A program made the position numbers and the translations under genes. Under the pieces are notes generated by a model, which did no database searches, was not told the origin of the DNA, and was given only the letters and a program-made list of their open reading frames with translations. From assembly GCA_045615365.1 (NCBI GenBank), contig JAZLEQ010000042.1:41375-105374 (forward strand): a stretch of 64,000 nucleotides of DNA, in the 5' to 3' direction. The stretch's first letter is position 1. Each line of letters starts with the position of its first letter. The stretch comes from Alphaproteobacteria bacterium (lineage in GTDB: Bacteria > Pseudomonadota > Alphaproteobacteria > RF32 > CAG-239). Shown here in pieces: positions 27,625-37,941 of this stretch.

Positions 27625-28998
27625 TTGGCTAAAAAAGACTTAAAGCAATATGTTTGTCAAAAATGCGGAGCCGTATATCCGAAGTGGCAAGGCAGATGTG
27701 ATGCTTGCGGTGAATGGAACAATATTCAGGAAGAAAACCTGAATGGCGGAGGTTTTTCAAACTTCAATCCTCGCAAGCAAAAAGGTAAAGAAATAGAATT
27801 TATGTCGCTGAGCGGAGAACAACAACCCTTAAATCGGGTTGTTACGGGAATAGGCGAATTAGACAGGGTTTGCGGCGGAGGTTTGGTTCCCGGTTCGGTT
27901 ATACTTGTGGGCGGAGATCCCGGAATAGGAAAATCAACACTTTTGCTTCAAACCTGTGCAAAAGTTTCCTCTTTGAAAGAAAATCATGAAGTTTTTTATA
28001 TATCGGGTGAAGAAGCTGTTGATCAGATAAGAATAAGAGCAAAAAGACTTGAGTTGGAAAAAACACCCGTAAAACTGGCTTCATGCACAGAAATAAAAGA
28101 TATTATTACCACTTTAGAAAAATCAAAAGCTTCGGTTGTTGTAATAGATTCCATACAAACTATGTATCTTGATGAAGTAGAGTCAACCCCCGGAAGCGTT
28201 ACACAGGTAAGAGCATGCAGCTACGAGCTTATAAAGCTTGCAAAAAGCAAAGGATTTACACTGTTTTTGGTTGGTCATGTAACCAAGCAAGGCGAAATAG
28301 CGGGGCCTCGTGTTTTAGAACATATGCTTGATACTGTTTTATATTTTGAAGGAGAAAGAGGTCATCACTTCAGAATTTTGAGAGCCGTAAAAAACCGTTA
28401 TGGCGCAACCGATGAAATAGGTGTTTTTGAAATGCAGGATAAGGGACTGGTTGAAGTGGCAAATCCTTCAGCTTTGTTTTTGGCAGAACGTCAGGGTAAT
28501 ATATCGGGATCTTGTGTATTTGCCGGAGTAGAAGGTTCCAGACCTGTTTTGGTAGAAATACAAGCTTTGGTCAGTCCTACAGGCTATTCAACTCCGAAAA
28601 GAGCTGTTGTCGGGTGGGATTCCGGCAGGCTCGCAATGGTTTTGGCGGTTTTAGAAGCCAGAGGAGGCATAAACTTAAGTTCTCAGGATGTTTACCTTAA
28701 TATAGCCGGAGGTCTTCGCATAACCGAACCCGCCGCGGATTTAGCAGTTGCTTTGGCTATAATATCTTCTTTGAAGAATAAGCCGTTGCCGGCAGATATG
28801 GTGATTTTTGGCGAAATAGGTTTGTCCGGAGAAATAAGAGCCGTTTCGCAGCCTTCGTTAAGACTGAAAGAGGCTAAAAAACTCGGATTTAACAGTGCAA
28901 TAATTCCTCAAGGGCGTTCAACCGACAAAAAATATTCTGTAAACATGGGTTTGCATGAGATGGGTAACGTTCAAAGGTTGATAAACTTGTTTGATTAG
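27625..28998 (+). CDS. radA: DNA repair protein RadA/Sms
   Basis: Zinc finger CQKCGAVYPKWQGRCDACGEWN, Walker A GGDPGIGKSTLLLQ, KNRYG, and a Lon-like C-terminus. TTG start. Confidence 0.93.
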   Translation: MAKKDLKQYVCQKCGAVYPKWQGRCDACGEWNNIQEENLNGGGFSNFNPRKQKGKEIEFMSLSGEQQPLNRVVTGIGELDRVCGGGLVPGSVILVGGDPGIGKSTLLLQTCAKVSSLKENHEVFYISGEEAVDQIRIRAKRLELEKTPVKLASCTEIKDIITTLEKSKASVVVIDSIQTMYLDEVESTPGSVTQVRACSYELIKLAKSKGFTLFLVGHVTKQGEIAGPRVLEHMLDTVLYFEGERGHHFRILRAVKNRYGATDEIGVFEMQDKGLVEVANPSALFLAERQGNISGSCVFAGVEGSRPVLVEIQALVSPTGYSTPKRAVVGWDSGRLAMVLAVLEARGGINLSSQDVYLNIAGGLRITEPAADLAVALAIISSLKNKPLPADMVIFGEIGLSGEIRAVSQPSLRLKEAKKLGFNSAIIPQGRSTDKKYSVNMGLHEMGNVQRLINLFD

Positions 28999-29007
28999 GA
29001 TTAAAAA

Positions 29008-29712
29008 ATGTATCAAATGAATAATGTTGACTATATAATTTTAGGTGTTGTGGTTGTTTCTGCGCTAATAGGTTTAAGCAGGGGATTAATTAAAGAAGTG
29101 TTGTCCATAACCGGATGGACTTTAGCTACAATATCAGTTATCTATATGCTGCCACACTTGATGCCTTTTATGCAAAAGATTGTAGAAAACGGAATTTTGG
29201 CCGGTGTTTTGACATCGTTGCTTATTTTTGTTGTTTTTTTCATTATTTGGGTTTGTTCAACGGGAGAGATAGTCGGAAAAATTCGCACAAGCAAACTAAA
29301 TGGTTTGGATCGGTTTTTAGGCTTGTTTTTCGGTATTATGAGAGCTTTTTTGCTGGTGGTTTTGTTTAATATAATGGTTGGTTGGATTATTCCTGAAGAC
29401 AAGCAAGAAGACTTCTTAAAAGAATCAAAATACTATAAATTGGCCGGATCGTTTGCCAAACCTCTCGAAGAAATGATACCTCAAGAAACTTTGGATATGA
29501 TAAAAAAACAAGCCGACATTGTAAACCAAAAGGTGAGTAACGAAGAGGAAGGCACAAAGGCAAAAGACGAAACACAAATTTTGTTTGAAAAATTAACCCG
29601 CCCGCAAATTAAAAAAGCAAGTGAAAACATTGAAAAAAAGACAGAACAATCAAAAGGATATAAAGATTCGGAAAGAGATAATCTGGATCGCTTGGTTGAA
29701 AGCGTTGAATAA
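29008..29712 (+). CDS. cvpA: CvpA-family membrane protein
   Basis: DYIILGVVVVSALIGLSRGLIKEVLSI plus four TM segments. It sits immediately after radA. A charged C-terminal extension is present. Confidence 0.8.
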   Translation: MYQMNNVDYIILGVVVVSALIGLSRGLIKEVLSITGWTLATISVIYMLPHLMPFMQKIVENGILAGVLTSLLIFVVFFIIWVCSTGEIVGKIRTSKLNGLDRFLGLFFGIMRAFLLVVLFNIMVGWIIPEDKQEDFLKESKYYKLAGSFAKPLEEMIPQETLDMIKKQADIVNQKVSNEEEGTKAKDETQILFEKLTRPQIKKASENIEKKTEQSKGYKDSERDNLDRLVESVE

Positions 29713-30234
29713 CTATCTTGTATGGGCTGCGCGTTCTCTTGTTCTTTGAGCCACATAAATTCGTTGATTTCTTTCTCTTTTCTTAAATTCGTCGGGAGTT
29801 TCTCTGTGGTTTGTTTTTAAGTCACGCAGCGAGCTGATGAGTTTTACCATTTCATTAACAGATTTTCCCGATGTTTTCTTTTTTAGTAAGTTTTGAACTT
29901 TTTCTGGAGTAAAAACTTTGTTCAAATCTGTTTTTTTTAGCAGTTTTTCAGATGCGATTATTTTGTTTATTTCAACCAACAAATCATCATCCCAATCATC
30001 ATCATCCAAGGCGTCTTTAATAAGCTTAATCAGGTAAGATTTAAAAATCTTACTCACGAGTTTTTGAAAATTAGATTTTGTTACTGTTTTATTATTTGCC
30101 GCATTCATCAACGCAAAAAACAACAACTTTTTAACACTTTGTTTTTGTTTTGAAAATAGTTCAAAATTGCAATTTATGCCTTCTTTTATAAGCGACAAGA
30201 TATTGTTTTTTTCGTTTTCGAAGCTGTCAGCCAT
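29713..30234 (-). CDS. hypothetical protein (acidic DDDDWDDD patch, basic C-terminal tail)
   Basis: ORF starting at ATG 30234, 1 nt after the rppH stop codon. No recognisable domain. Confidence 0.5.
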   Translation of the reverse strand: MADSFENEKNNILSLIKEGINCNFELFSKQKQSVKKLLFFALMNAANNKTVTKSNFQKLVSKIFKSYLIKLIKDALDDDDWDDDLLVEINKIIASEKLLKKTDLNKVFTPEKVQNLLKKKTSGKSVNEMVKLISSLRDLKTNHRETPDEFKKRERNQRIYVAQRTRERAAHTR

Positions 30235-30235
30235 T

Positions 30236-30703
30236 TTATTTTTCTCCAATAAAATCGGCAAAATAATTTATAACTTTTTTATAAACATCTTTTTTAAATT
30301 CAACAATTCTGTCAATAGCTTCTTTGGGTTCAACCCATTCAAAAGATTTAAATTCTATTTCTTCCGGATTAACAAAAAAGTTTATTTCGTTATCTTCGCC
30401 CAAAAACTCAAACAAGAACCAAACTTGTTCTTGTCCGCAAAATCCTCTTTTGTTGTTTCTTATCAAATCAGACGGCAGATCATATCTGACAAAGAAAGGT
30501 GTTTTGGTAACAAATTTGGTGTTTGTAATTCCGGTTTCTTCGAACAATTCTCTTGTTGCTGCGTCAAAAAGATTCTCGTTTTCGTTAACCCCGCCTTGAG
30601 GAAACTGCCATGCCAAACCTTTTTGATCTGCTCGTGCAAAAACCAAAACTTTATCTTTTTTAAAAACAACAATTCCCACGTTTTTACGATATTTTTTTTT
30701 CAT
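30236..30703 (-). CDS. rppH: RNA pyrophosphohydrolase RppH (Nudix)
   Basis: YRKNVGIVVF and Nudix box QFPQGGVNENENLFDAATRELFEETGI. Confidence 0.9.
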   Translation of the reverse strand: MKKKYRKNVGIVVFKKDKVLVFARADQKGLAWQFPQGGVNENENLFDAATRELFEETGITNTKFVTKTPFFVRYDLPSDLIRNNKRGFCGQEQVWFLFEFLGEDNEINFFVNPEEIEFKSFEWVEPKEAIDRIVEFKKDVYKKVINYFADFIGEK

Positions 30704-31890
30704 TATTCAACAACCAAATTAGAAACAGGAACCAAAGCAAAGGGTTTTTTGATATCAACATTTTTAGCTTCTTCATAAGAAACCTGAGGAGAAAAAGTTT
30801 TTATCCAATTATACAATTCTATTATAATAAAAGGCTTCGGATCAGCAACAATCATAACCTGACCTTTATTAAAAGCAATTGTTTCTGCTTTTTCCAAAAC
30901 TTTTTTAACCAAATCTTTATCAATATCTTTATCTATAACAATATCGGCTTTTCTATGAGCTAAGCCTTCAGTTTTTACTATATCCAACACACCGTCGTTT
31001 GTTGCATCAATAACAAGTAATCCTCTATTTTTTGCTTCCAAGAAAAGATTTTGTGCAACCAAAATGTTTGTTTTGTCAATATATCCGTCCTTAAAGACCA
31101 CACCGCCCAAAGGAGCCTTTGCCGAAATACTTTTTTTGAATCGTTCAAGCAATTCTTCTTTTGGCAATGATCTGCTTAGCGATAAAGGGCCTTTATCTTC
31201 TTTGTAAAAATCTTTGGACGACAATAGTATATCGACATATGTTTCATGACCGGTTTCGCGTGATTTTATAATATTTTTGTTAATATCCAAAGAATAAGGG
31301 GTAAAGCTCATTGAAATTTCCGAATCAAACGCTTCTGCAACCTTCGACACGGTGTTAAAATCCATACCCAAGCCGCTTAATATTATAGATACTTTCTTAA
31401 AATTGGGTTCTGTTTTAACAAAGTTTCCGTAAGCAACCCATGGCAACAAGCCCTCTGCAGATTTTTTTGGCAAAGTCAGGTTGTTTTCGGTTGTTTCTAA
31501 AAGATCGTCGTTTGCCGTTACGAATTTAAGCTCTGCAGTCGGGGATTTTCCTTGCAGAGTAAAAACGGTTGGAACATTTTGCAGTAACTTTTCCAAAGAA
31601 AACTTTTCTTTATTTTTTGTTTTTTTTGTAATGATGTTTTCTTCGTTTGCATCCACCAAAATTTCTTTTGAGTTTTCCGCTTTTTTAAAAACCAACTTGT
31701 TAGGAAGTGTAAGCACGATGTGAGGAGCTGTTTCTTTTTTGTTTTCATATAAAAGCTTATCAATCTTCGATGCGTATATGGGTTCGCTTTTTTCTTCTGC
31801 AACCCACCATCCCACACCTAAAGTAAAGGCAATGATTACCAAAAAAACAGTTATAAGCTTGTCATATTTTTCAATTTTATCTCTTAACAT
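30703..31890 (-). CDS. divergent polysaccharide deacetylase family protein (YibQ-like)
   Basis: N-terminal TM, then VSIILSGLGMD...MSFTPYS...GHETYVDIL...GLLVIDATN, the ordered YibQ-family pattern. It sits between ctpA and rppH. Confidence 0.65.
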   Translation of the reverse strand: MLRDKIEKYDKLITVFLVIIAFTLGVGWWVAEEKSEPIYASKIDKLLYENKKETAPHIVLTLPNKLVFKKAENSKEILVDANEENIITKKTKNKEKFSLEKLLQNVPTVFTLQGKSPTAELKFVTANDDLLETTENNLTLPKKSAEGLLPWVAYGNFVKTEPNFKKVSIILSGLGMDFNTVSKVAEAFDSEISMSFTPYSLDINKNIIKSRETGHETYVDILLSSKDFYKEDKGPLSLSRSLPKEELLERFKKSISAKAPLGGVVFKDGYIDKTNILVAQNLFLEAKNRGLLVIDATNDGVLDIVKTEGLAHRKADIVIDKDIDKDLVKKVLEKAETIAFNKGQVMIVADPKPFIIIELYNWIKTFSPQVSYEEAKNVDIKKPFALVPVSNLVVE

Positions 31891-31898
31891 GTCTAACC

Positions 31899-33164
31899 TT
31901 ATTTTGAAGAAGTATAAACATTAAGCGCTTTAACCAAATCAACTGCGCGGGACAATTGATAATCTTTTCTCCAGTCTTTTTCTTCGGGGGAAGATTTATT
32001 TTTTTCTTTTGTTTCAATTGTCTCATTTTTCAGAGCATTTTTATATTCCGCTTCACTAAACTCGAATTCATCCTTAAATTCTTCAATTTTTGCATGATGA
32101 ACTACCACATCAGGTTCGATACCTGTTGCCTGAATAGATTTTCCCGAAGGAGTATAGTAGCGAGCGGTCGTAACTCTCATAGCCCCATAATTTCCTAAAG
32201 GAACTATGGTCTGAACACTACCTTTTCCAAAGGATTTTTCACCCAAAATAACAGCTCTTTTGTGGTCTTGCAGAGCTCCTGCAACAATTTCCGACGCCGA
32301 AGCCGAGCCGTTATTTATAAGAACAACTATAGGTAAGCCGTTAGTAATATCTTTTCCTTTTGCCGAATAGCGAACGGTGTCTTCTTCATTACGTGAACGA
32401 GTTGAAACAATTTCTCCCTGATTAAGGAAAAGGCTTGAAACCGCAACTGCCTGATCTAAAAGACCTCCCGGGTTGTTTCTTACATCTAAAACAATACCTT
32501 TAAGCTGTTTTTTACTTTCTTTTTCGAAGGCTTTTTTAATGTCTTTATCTACATCTTCCGAAAAAGAACCTATACGCAAATAAAGAACATTTTCATCTTT
32601 TATTTCACTTTTAACGGATCTTGTTTTAATTTCTTCTCTTTTCAAGGTAACTTCAAAAGGTTTCTCGTTAATTCTTCTGATTGTAAGCTTTACTTTTGTT
32701 CCCGGCTTGCCTCTCATTTTATCAACAGCTTCGTTCAAAGTCATGCCGATAATGGTTTCACCGTCAATATTTGTAATATAGTCTCCGGGTTTGAGGCCGG
32801 CTTTAAAAGCGGGGGTATCATCAATAGGAGAAACAATCTTAACCACACCTTGTTCCATAGTTATTTCAATACCTAAACCGCCAAATTTTCCTTTTGTTTG
32901 TTCGTTCATGTATTTGAAATCTTTTTTATCCAAATATCCTGAGTGAGGATCTAAAGAAACCAACATCCCGTTTATGGCCGATTCAATAAGTTTTTTATCG
33001 GAAACCTCTTCCACATAAGTAGCTTTTGTTCTTTCCAAAACTTCTCCAAACAGGTTTAACAACTCATAAGAATTAAATTCTTCGGTTTCAACCTCTTTTG
33101 CGCAAAGAACATTGGTTGATAAAAAAACGGATAATAAGCTAACTGAAACAAATTTTTTTAACAT
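31899..33164 (-). CDS. ctpA: carboxy-terminal processing protease (S41)
   Basis: Signal peptide, PDZ (GGLGIEI...SPIDDTPAFKAGLKPGDYI), catalytic NNGSASASEIVAGALQD, and K in FGKGSVQ. Confidence 0.92.
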   Translation of the reverse strand: MLKKFVSVSLLSVFLSTNVLCAKEVETEEFNSYELLNLFGEVLERTKATYVEEVSDKKLIESAINGMLVSLDPHSGYLDKKDFKYMNEQTKGKFGGLGIEITMEQGVVKIVSPIDDTPAFKAGLKPGDYITNIDGETIIGMTLNEAVDKMRGKPGTKVKLTIRRINEKPFEVTLKREEIKTRSVKSEIKDENVLYLRIGSFSEDVDKDIKKAFEKESKKQLKGIVLDVRNNPGGLLDQAVAVSSLFLNQGEIVSTRSRNEEDTVRYSAKGKDITNGLPIVVLINNGSASASEIVAGALQDHKRAVILGEKSFGKGSVQTIVPLGNYGAMRVTTARYYTPSGKSIQATGIEPDVVVHHAKIEEFKDEFEFSEAEYKNALKNETIETKEKNKSSPEEKDWRKDYQLSRAVDLVKALNVYTSSK

Positions 33165-33179
33165 TTTATTTTCCTTGTC

Positions 33180-34406
33180 TTAGAGTTTAAACCATGCTTC
33201 GGGATTCAGCGGTTGATTGTTTTTTCTTATTTCAACATAAAGCTCCGATTCCGGAGAGTTTGCTGTTTTTCCTATAGGCTCGCCGGCCAACAGCATTTGC
33301 CCTAAATCAACATCAATAACACCCATGCCTGCGTGGAGAGTCAAATACTCCCCTCCGTGATCAATAATTATCATGTTTCCATACCCCCTAAAAGGTCCGG
33401 CAAACACCACATTTCCGTCAAAAGGAGATACAACTTGAGCGCCTGCTCTTGTTGCTATTGTTATACCTTTAGTCGAAACACCTTTATTTTTTCTTTCTCC
33501 ATAGTGAGAAACAATACTTCCTCGAGCCGGAAGAGGCAAAGATCCTTTTGCTTTAACAAAATCGGCTGATGTTTTTGTTATATATCCGCTTTCCTTTTTT
33601 ATCAAGTCATGTTGTTGTTTTTCCGCCAACTTTCTTTTTTCTTCTTCTTTGCGTCTTTTTTCCTCTTCTTTTTTTGCTTTTTCTTTTCGCTGTCTTTCAA
33701 GTTGTGTTAACAGGTCGCGAATATCTTGTGCCTGACTTGTGAGTTTATCGACGTTCTTTTTGGTTTTTTCGCTTTTTTTCTCAATGGAGTTTCTCAGTTC
33801 TTTTTTATGTTTTACCAGACGGGCAATTCTTTGATGTTCTTCCTGAACAATATTTTTTTGTTGAGAAATTTCAGCTATTTTTATTTCTATTTTTTTCTTT
33901 TTTTTGGTTATTTCGTTTAAGTCTTCTTTGATTTTGTTTGTGTTTATTTCCAAAAAAGGAATTGTTTCTCTTAAGATCATGGCGCTTCTTATTATATCAA
34001 CAGGTTTCATTGGTTGAACCAACAAAGATTCTGTCGGGCGTAAAGCTAAAGTTTGCAGAGCAGTCAGTGTTTTGACTAATTCGTCGTCATATTTTGAAAA
34101 ACCGGCCTCGGCTATTTCGAGTTCGTTTTTTAAAACATTCAACTGCCGTTCCATGGCCGAAAGTTTATCCTCGTTGTTTTGCAGTTTTTTTGCAGTCTTA
34201 ACCATTTCTCTGGTAACAGAAGACAATTCCATGGAAATTTGGGTGGCCTGAGCTTGAAGTTTTTTGTGTTCCATGCTTTCCTGCAAAACTTTTTGTTCCA
34301 TTTTTTTTAGTTCGGCATCAGACACATTAACAGCGCCGGCGGTGTTTTGAAAAGCCAAGAACACCGCTGCAAAAACACTGTATTTAAACAAGCTCTTTAT
34401 AATCAT
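33180..34406 (-). CDS. murein hydrolase activator EnvC-like (coiled-coil plus M23/LytM domain)
   Basis: Signal peptide, long K/E/Q coiled coil, and a C-terminal LytM domain (GITIATRAGAQVVSPFDGNVVFAG...GNMIIIDHGGEYLTLHAGM). Confidence 0.85.
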   Translation of the reverse strand: MIIKSLFKYSVFAAVFLAFQNTAGAVNVSDAELKKMEQKVLQESMEHKKLQAQATQISMELSSVTREMVKTAKKLQNNEDKLSAMERQLNVLKNELEIAEAGFSKYDDELVKTLTALQTLALRPTESLLVQPMKPVDIIRSAMILRETIPFLEINTNKIKEDLNEITKKKKKIEIKIAEISQQKNIVQEEHQRIARLVKHKKELRNSIEKKSEKTKKNVDKLTSQAQDIRDLLTQLERQRKEKAKKEEEKRRKEEEKRKLAEKQQHDLIKKESGYITKTSADFVKAKGSLPLPARGSIVSHYGERKNKGVSTKGITIATRAGAQVVSPFDGNVVFAGPFRGYGNMIIIDHGGEYLTLHAGMGVIDVDLGQMLLAGEPIGKTANSPESELYVEIRKNNQPLNPEAWFKL

Positions 34407-34409
34407 GTT

Positions 34410-35942
34410 TTATCTTTTTAATAAAGAAGCTCCGGTCATTTCTTTCGGTTGTTTGATGTTTAACAAATCAAGCATTGTCGGAGCAATATCAGCCAAACAG
34501 CCGTCATTCATTGCTTTAACACCGCTTTTATCATTAACCAAAACGGCTTGAACTTTACCTACCGTATGAGCAGTATATGGTTGTCCGGTATTTTCATCAA
34601 CCATTTTTTCGGCATTGCCGTGGTCTGCCGTAACAATTAACACACCGCCGACATTTTTAATTGCTGCTTCAACTTTACCCAAACATTCATCAACAGCTTT
34701 AACAGCTTTTAACGCTGCATCAATAATTCCTGTGTGGCCGACCATATCACCATTGGCAAAGTTACAAATAATCACATCAAACTTTTGGTTTTCAATAGCT
34801 TTAACCAGTTCGTCGGTAACTTCATACACACTCATTTCTGGTTTTAAATCATATGTTGCCACTTTTGGGCTTGCAATCAGGATTCTTTCTTCGCCATCAA
34901 ATTCTTTTTCTTCTCCGCCATTAAAAAAGAATGTAACATGGGCATATTTTTCGGTTTCTGCGATTCTCAGTTGAGTTAAACCTTCTTTTGCGATAACTTC
35001 ACCCAAGATATTTGTTAGGGCTTCCGGAGGGAAAATTGTTTCCATAAAACGATTATGGTCAACAGAATATTCCGTCATCCCGACGCTGTGAGACAATTTA
35101 ACGATTTTTTTTCTTTCAAATCCGTTGAAGTCTTTGTCGGCCAATGCATACAAAATTTCGCGGGCACGGTCTGCGCGGAAGTTTGCCATCAAAACCGCGT
35201 CTCCGTCGTTCATTCCTTCATAGTTGCCTATAACTGCCGGAATAACAAATTCATCAGTCACTTTTTCTTTGTATGATTCTTTAATGGCTTCGTCAGATGT
35301 TGCAAACCTTTTACCGTTTGCCAAAACCAAATTATCGTAAGCCAATTCAACTCTATCCCAACGTTTATCTCTGTCCATTGCGTAAAAACGGCCTTCAATT
35401 GTTGCAATTTTTACATTGTTCAGTTTTGCAATATCTTGTTCCAGCTTTTGCAAATATTCTTCAGCAGAAGAGGGAGGTGTATCTCTTCCGTCCAAGAATG
35501 CGTGGATTCTTACCTCAACACCCGCATCGCTGACTATTTTGGCTAAAGCGACAATATGATTTTGCATAGAGTGAACGCCACCTGGAGACATTAAGCCCAT
35601 TAAATGACAAGTTTTACCGTTTGCTTTAAGGTCGGTAATCATTTTTTGCAAAACGACATTTTGTGCTAAAGAGCCGTTTGCAATAGCCTGATCGATTTTG
35701 GGTAAATCTTGCATAACTACTCTGCCGGCCCCGAGGTTTGTGTGTCCTACTTCGGAATTTCCCATTTGTCCTGCTGGCAAGCCAACGGCAAGCCCCGACG
35801 TTTCAACAAAACTGTGCGGACATTCCTTCAACAAACGATGCCAATTTGGAGTTTCACCATTTTCAATAACATTATCCGGAGTAATTTTTTCTCTATAACC
35901 CCAGCCGTCTAAAATAAGCAACATAACAGGTTTTTGTTTCAT
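34410..35942 (-). CDS. gpmI: 2,3-bisphosphoglycerate-independent phosphoglycerate mutase
   Basis: LLILDGWGY, MGNSEVGHTNLGAGR, FLDGRDT, and TADHGNAE. Confidence 0.95.
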   Translation of the reverse strand: MKQKPVMLLILDGWGYREKITPDNVIENGETPNWHRLLKECPHSFVETSGLAVGLPAGQMGNSEVGHTNLGAGRVVMQDLPKIDQAIANGSLAQNVVLQKMITDLKANGKTCHLMGLMSPGGVHSMQNHIVALAKIVSDAGVEVRIHAFLDGRDTPPSSAEEYLQKLEQDIAKLNNVKIATIEGRFYAMDRDKRWDRVELAYDNLVLANGKRFATSDEAIKESYKEKVTDEFVIPAVIGNYEGMNDGDAVLMANFRADRAREILYALADKDFNGFERKKIVKLSHSVGMTEYSVDHNRFMETIFPPEALTNILGEVIAKEGLTQLRIAETEKYAHVTFFFNGGEEKEFDGEERILIASPKVATYDLKPEMSVYEVTDELVKAIENQKFDVIICNFANGDMVGHTGIIDAALKAVKAVDECLGKVEAAIKNVGGVLIVTADHGNAEKMVDENTGQPYTAHTVGKVQAVLVNDKSGVKAMNDGCLADIAPTMLDLLNIKQPKEMTGASLLKR

Positions 35943-36028
35943 TTTTTTATTTCCTTTTTTTCTGATATTTTCAATTTTTTACCATTATATATAATTATTT
36001 CCAAACTAAAAGCACTATTTTTACTCTT

Positions 36029-37810
36029 TTAAAGCATAATTTTTTTCCAAATTCTTGCCGGCAATCCCGATCCGTAAACATCTTTCATTGGAGAATTATC
36101 ATCATTACCCACCCAAACTCCACAGATAAGTTCATCATCAAAACCGATAAACCAAGCATCGCGATTATCTTGAGATGTTCCTGTTTTTCCGAAGGCTTCA
36201 CGATTGAGTTTTGCAAAGCGTCCGGTTCCGGTTTTTAGCACTTCTCGCATTATTTTTTTCATAAAAACGGTATGTTCCTTATCAAACACGCGCAAACCGT
36301 TTGTTTTTTCTCTTTGATAAAGCTGCATTCCTTCGCGTGAATATATTTCTTCCACCCCATAAGGCCAAACAGCGATTCCTCCATTGGCAATTGATGCATA
36401 TGCGGTGGTCATATCAATAAGTTTCACATCGGAAGTTCCCAAAGCCAAAGATAAATCATTGTTCAAATTTGTTGAAATGCCGGCTTTTCGCGCTGTTTTG
36501 ATGATGTTGTTTATGCCGATATTTTTAGCCAAAAGAACGGTTGCGGCGTTGAGCGATTTTGCAAAAGCAAACCTCAAAGAAACATCACCGTAAAACTTCT
36601 TATCATGATTTTCCGGTTCCCAGTCTTCAATTTTTACGGGTTTATCTTCAATAACGGATTCGGGGGTATAGCCTTGTCTGAAAGCTGTCAGATAAACAAA
36701 GGTCTTAAAAGCAGACCCCGGTTGGCGCAAAGCTTGAAAAGCTCTGTTGAATTGACTTTTTCCGTAATCAACTCCACCGACCAAAGCCTTTATTGCGCCG
36801 TTTTTATCCATAATCACAACAGCACCGTTAGTAACGTTGGAGTCTTTTGCTTTTTCAATTTCTTCGCGCAAAATAACAGAAGCTTTTTCTTGCAATTCCT
36901 GATCGAGGGTTGTTAATGCATAGATGTCTGTTTCCTGTTCGTTGATGAGCGATTTTATTTCATCATAAGCCCAATCGGCAAAATATGCACCGAACTTAAC
37001 TTTTGCGTTTTTTTCTTTTCCTAAAGATTGTTTAAGGGCTTGGTTAACTCCGTTTTCATCAAGAAGATTATTCTTAAGCATAATTTGCAACACAACGGAA
37101 GCTCTTTCCAAGGCGCGTGATTTGGAGGCAATAGGATTATATCGTGATGGCGCTTTTAACATTCCGGCTAAAACCGCGCCTTCCAAAATGTTTAGGTCGC
37201 GAGAAGTTTTTTGAAAATATTTTTGAGAGGCAGCTTCGATTCCGTATGCTCCGTTTCCGAAATAAACTCTGTTGAGGTAGAGGGTAAGGATTTGATTTTT
37301 TTCAAATTTTTTCTCAAGCCAAAAGGCTAAAAACAACTCTTGAACTTTTCTTGAAATGGTCTTTTTGTTGGTTAAAAAAAGATTTTTAGCCACTTGTTGG
37401 GTGATAGTGCTGCCACCTTGAGCGTATCTGCCGGCAAAAATGTTTGCCAGCATTGCGCGAGTAAAAGAAATTGTGTCAAACCCGAAGTGTTCATAAAATC
37501 GTTTATCTTCCGTAAACACTATTGCGTCAACAACATATTGCGGCAGTTCCTCCGCATTAATAATCTCGGAATAGACTGTTCCGAAACTGTGTATTTCGTT
37601 GCCGTTTTCGGCCAAAATAGTTGTTGAGGGCAATCTGGTGCGGTTAATTGCTTCGTCCATATTTGGAATTGTTAGAATGCAGTAAATTAAATACCCTGAA
37701 AGCAAACAAAAACCGATAAAGCATATTTTTAATATCTTATAGGCCGGACTTTTCTTAAATTTTGAAAGCCTATTCTTTTTTGCTTTTGTTTTTTTCTTTT
37801 TTTTTGCCAT
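36029..37810 (-). CDS. class A penicillin-binding protein (GT51 glycosyltransferase plus transpeptidase)
   Basis: TM anchor, EDKRFYEHFGFD, GGSTITQQVAKN and RKVQE (GT51). SAFK (QPGSAFKTFVY), SLN and KTGTS (transpeptidase). Confidence 0.9.
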   Translation of the reverse strand: MAKKKKKTKAKKNRLSKFKKSPAYKILKICFIGFCLLSGYLIYCILTIPNMDEAINRTRLPSTTILAENGNEIHSFGTVYSEIINAEELPQYVVDAIVFTEDKRFYEHFGFDTISFTRAMLANIFAGRYAQGGSTITQQVAKNLFLTNKKTISRKVQELFLAFWLEKKFEKNQILTLYLNRVYFGNGAYGIEAASQKYFQKTSRDLNILEGAVLAGMLKAPSRYNPIASKSRALERASVVLQIMLKNNLLDENGVNQALKQSLGKEKNAKVKFGAYFADWAYDEIKSLINEQETDIYALTTLDQELQEKASVILREEIEKAKDSNVTNGAVVIMDKNGAIKALVGGVDYGKSQFNRAFQALRQPGSAFKTFVYLTAFRQGYTPESVIEDKPVKIEDWEPENHDKKFYGDVSLRFAFAKSLNAATVLLAKNIGINNIIKTARKAGISTNLNNDLSLALGTSDVKLIDMTTAYASIANGGIAVWPYGVEEIYSREGMQLYQREKTNGLRVFDKEHTVFMKKIMREVLKTGTGRFAKLNREAFGKTGTSQDNRDAWFIGFDDELICGVWVGNDDNSPMKDVYGSGLPARIWKKIML

Positions 37811-37941
37811 TTCAGCCCCCTGATATCTGAATTTTTACACATGATAACAAAAAAGATTAAACAAATTTTTAATTGGGTAAAATCTTTTTAATACTTTGCG
37901 AAATTTCAATAACGATATATATTAAAAAACAACGATAATTT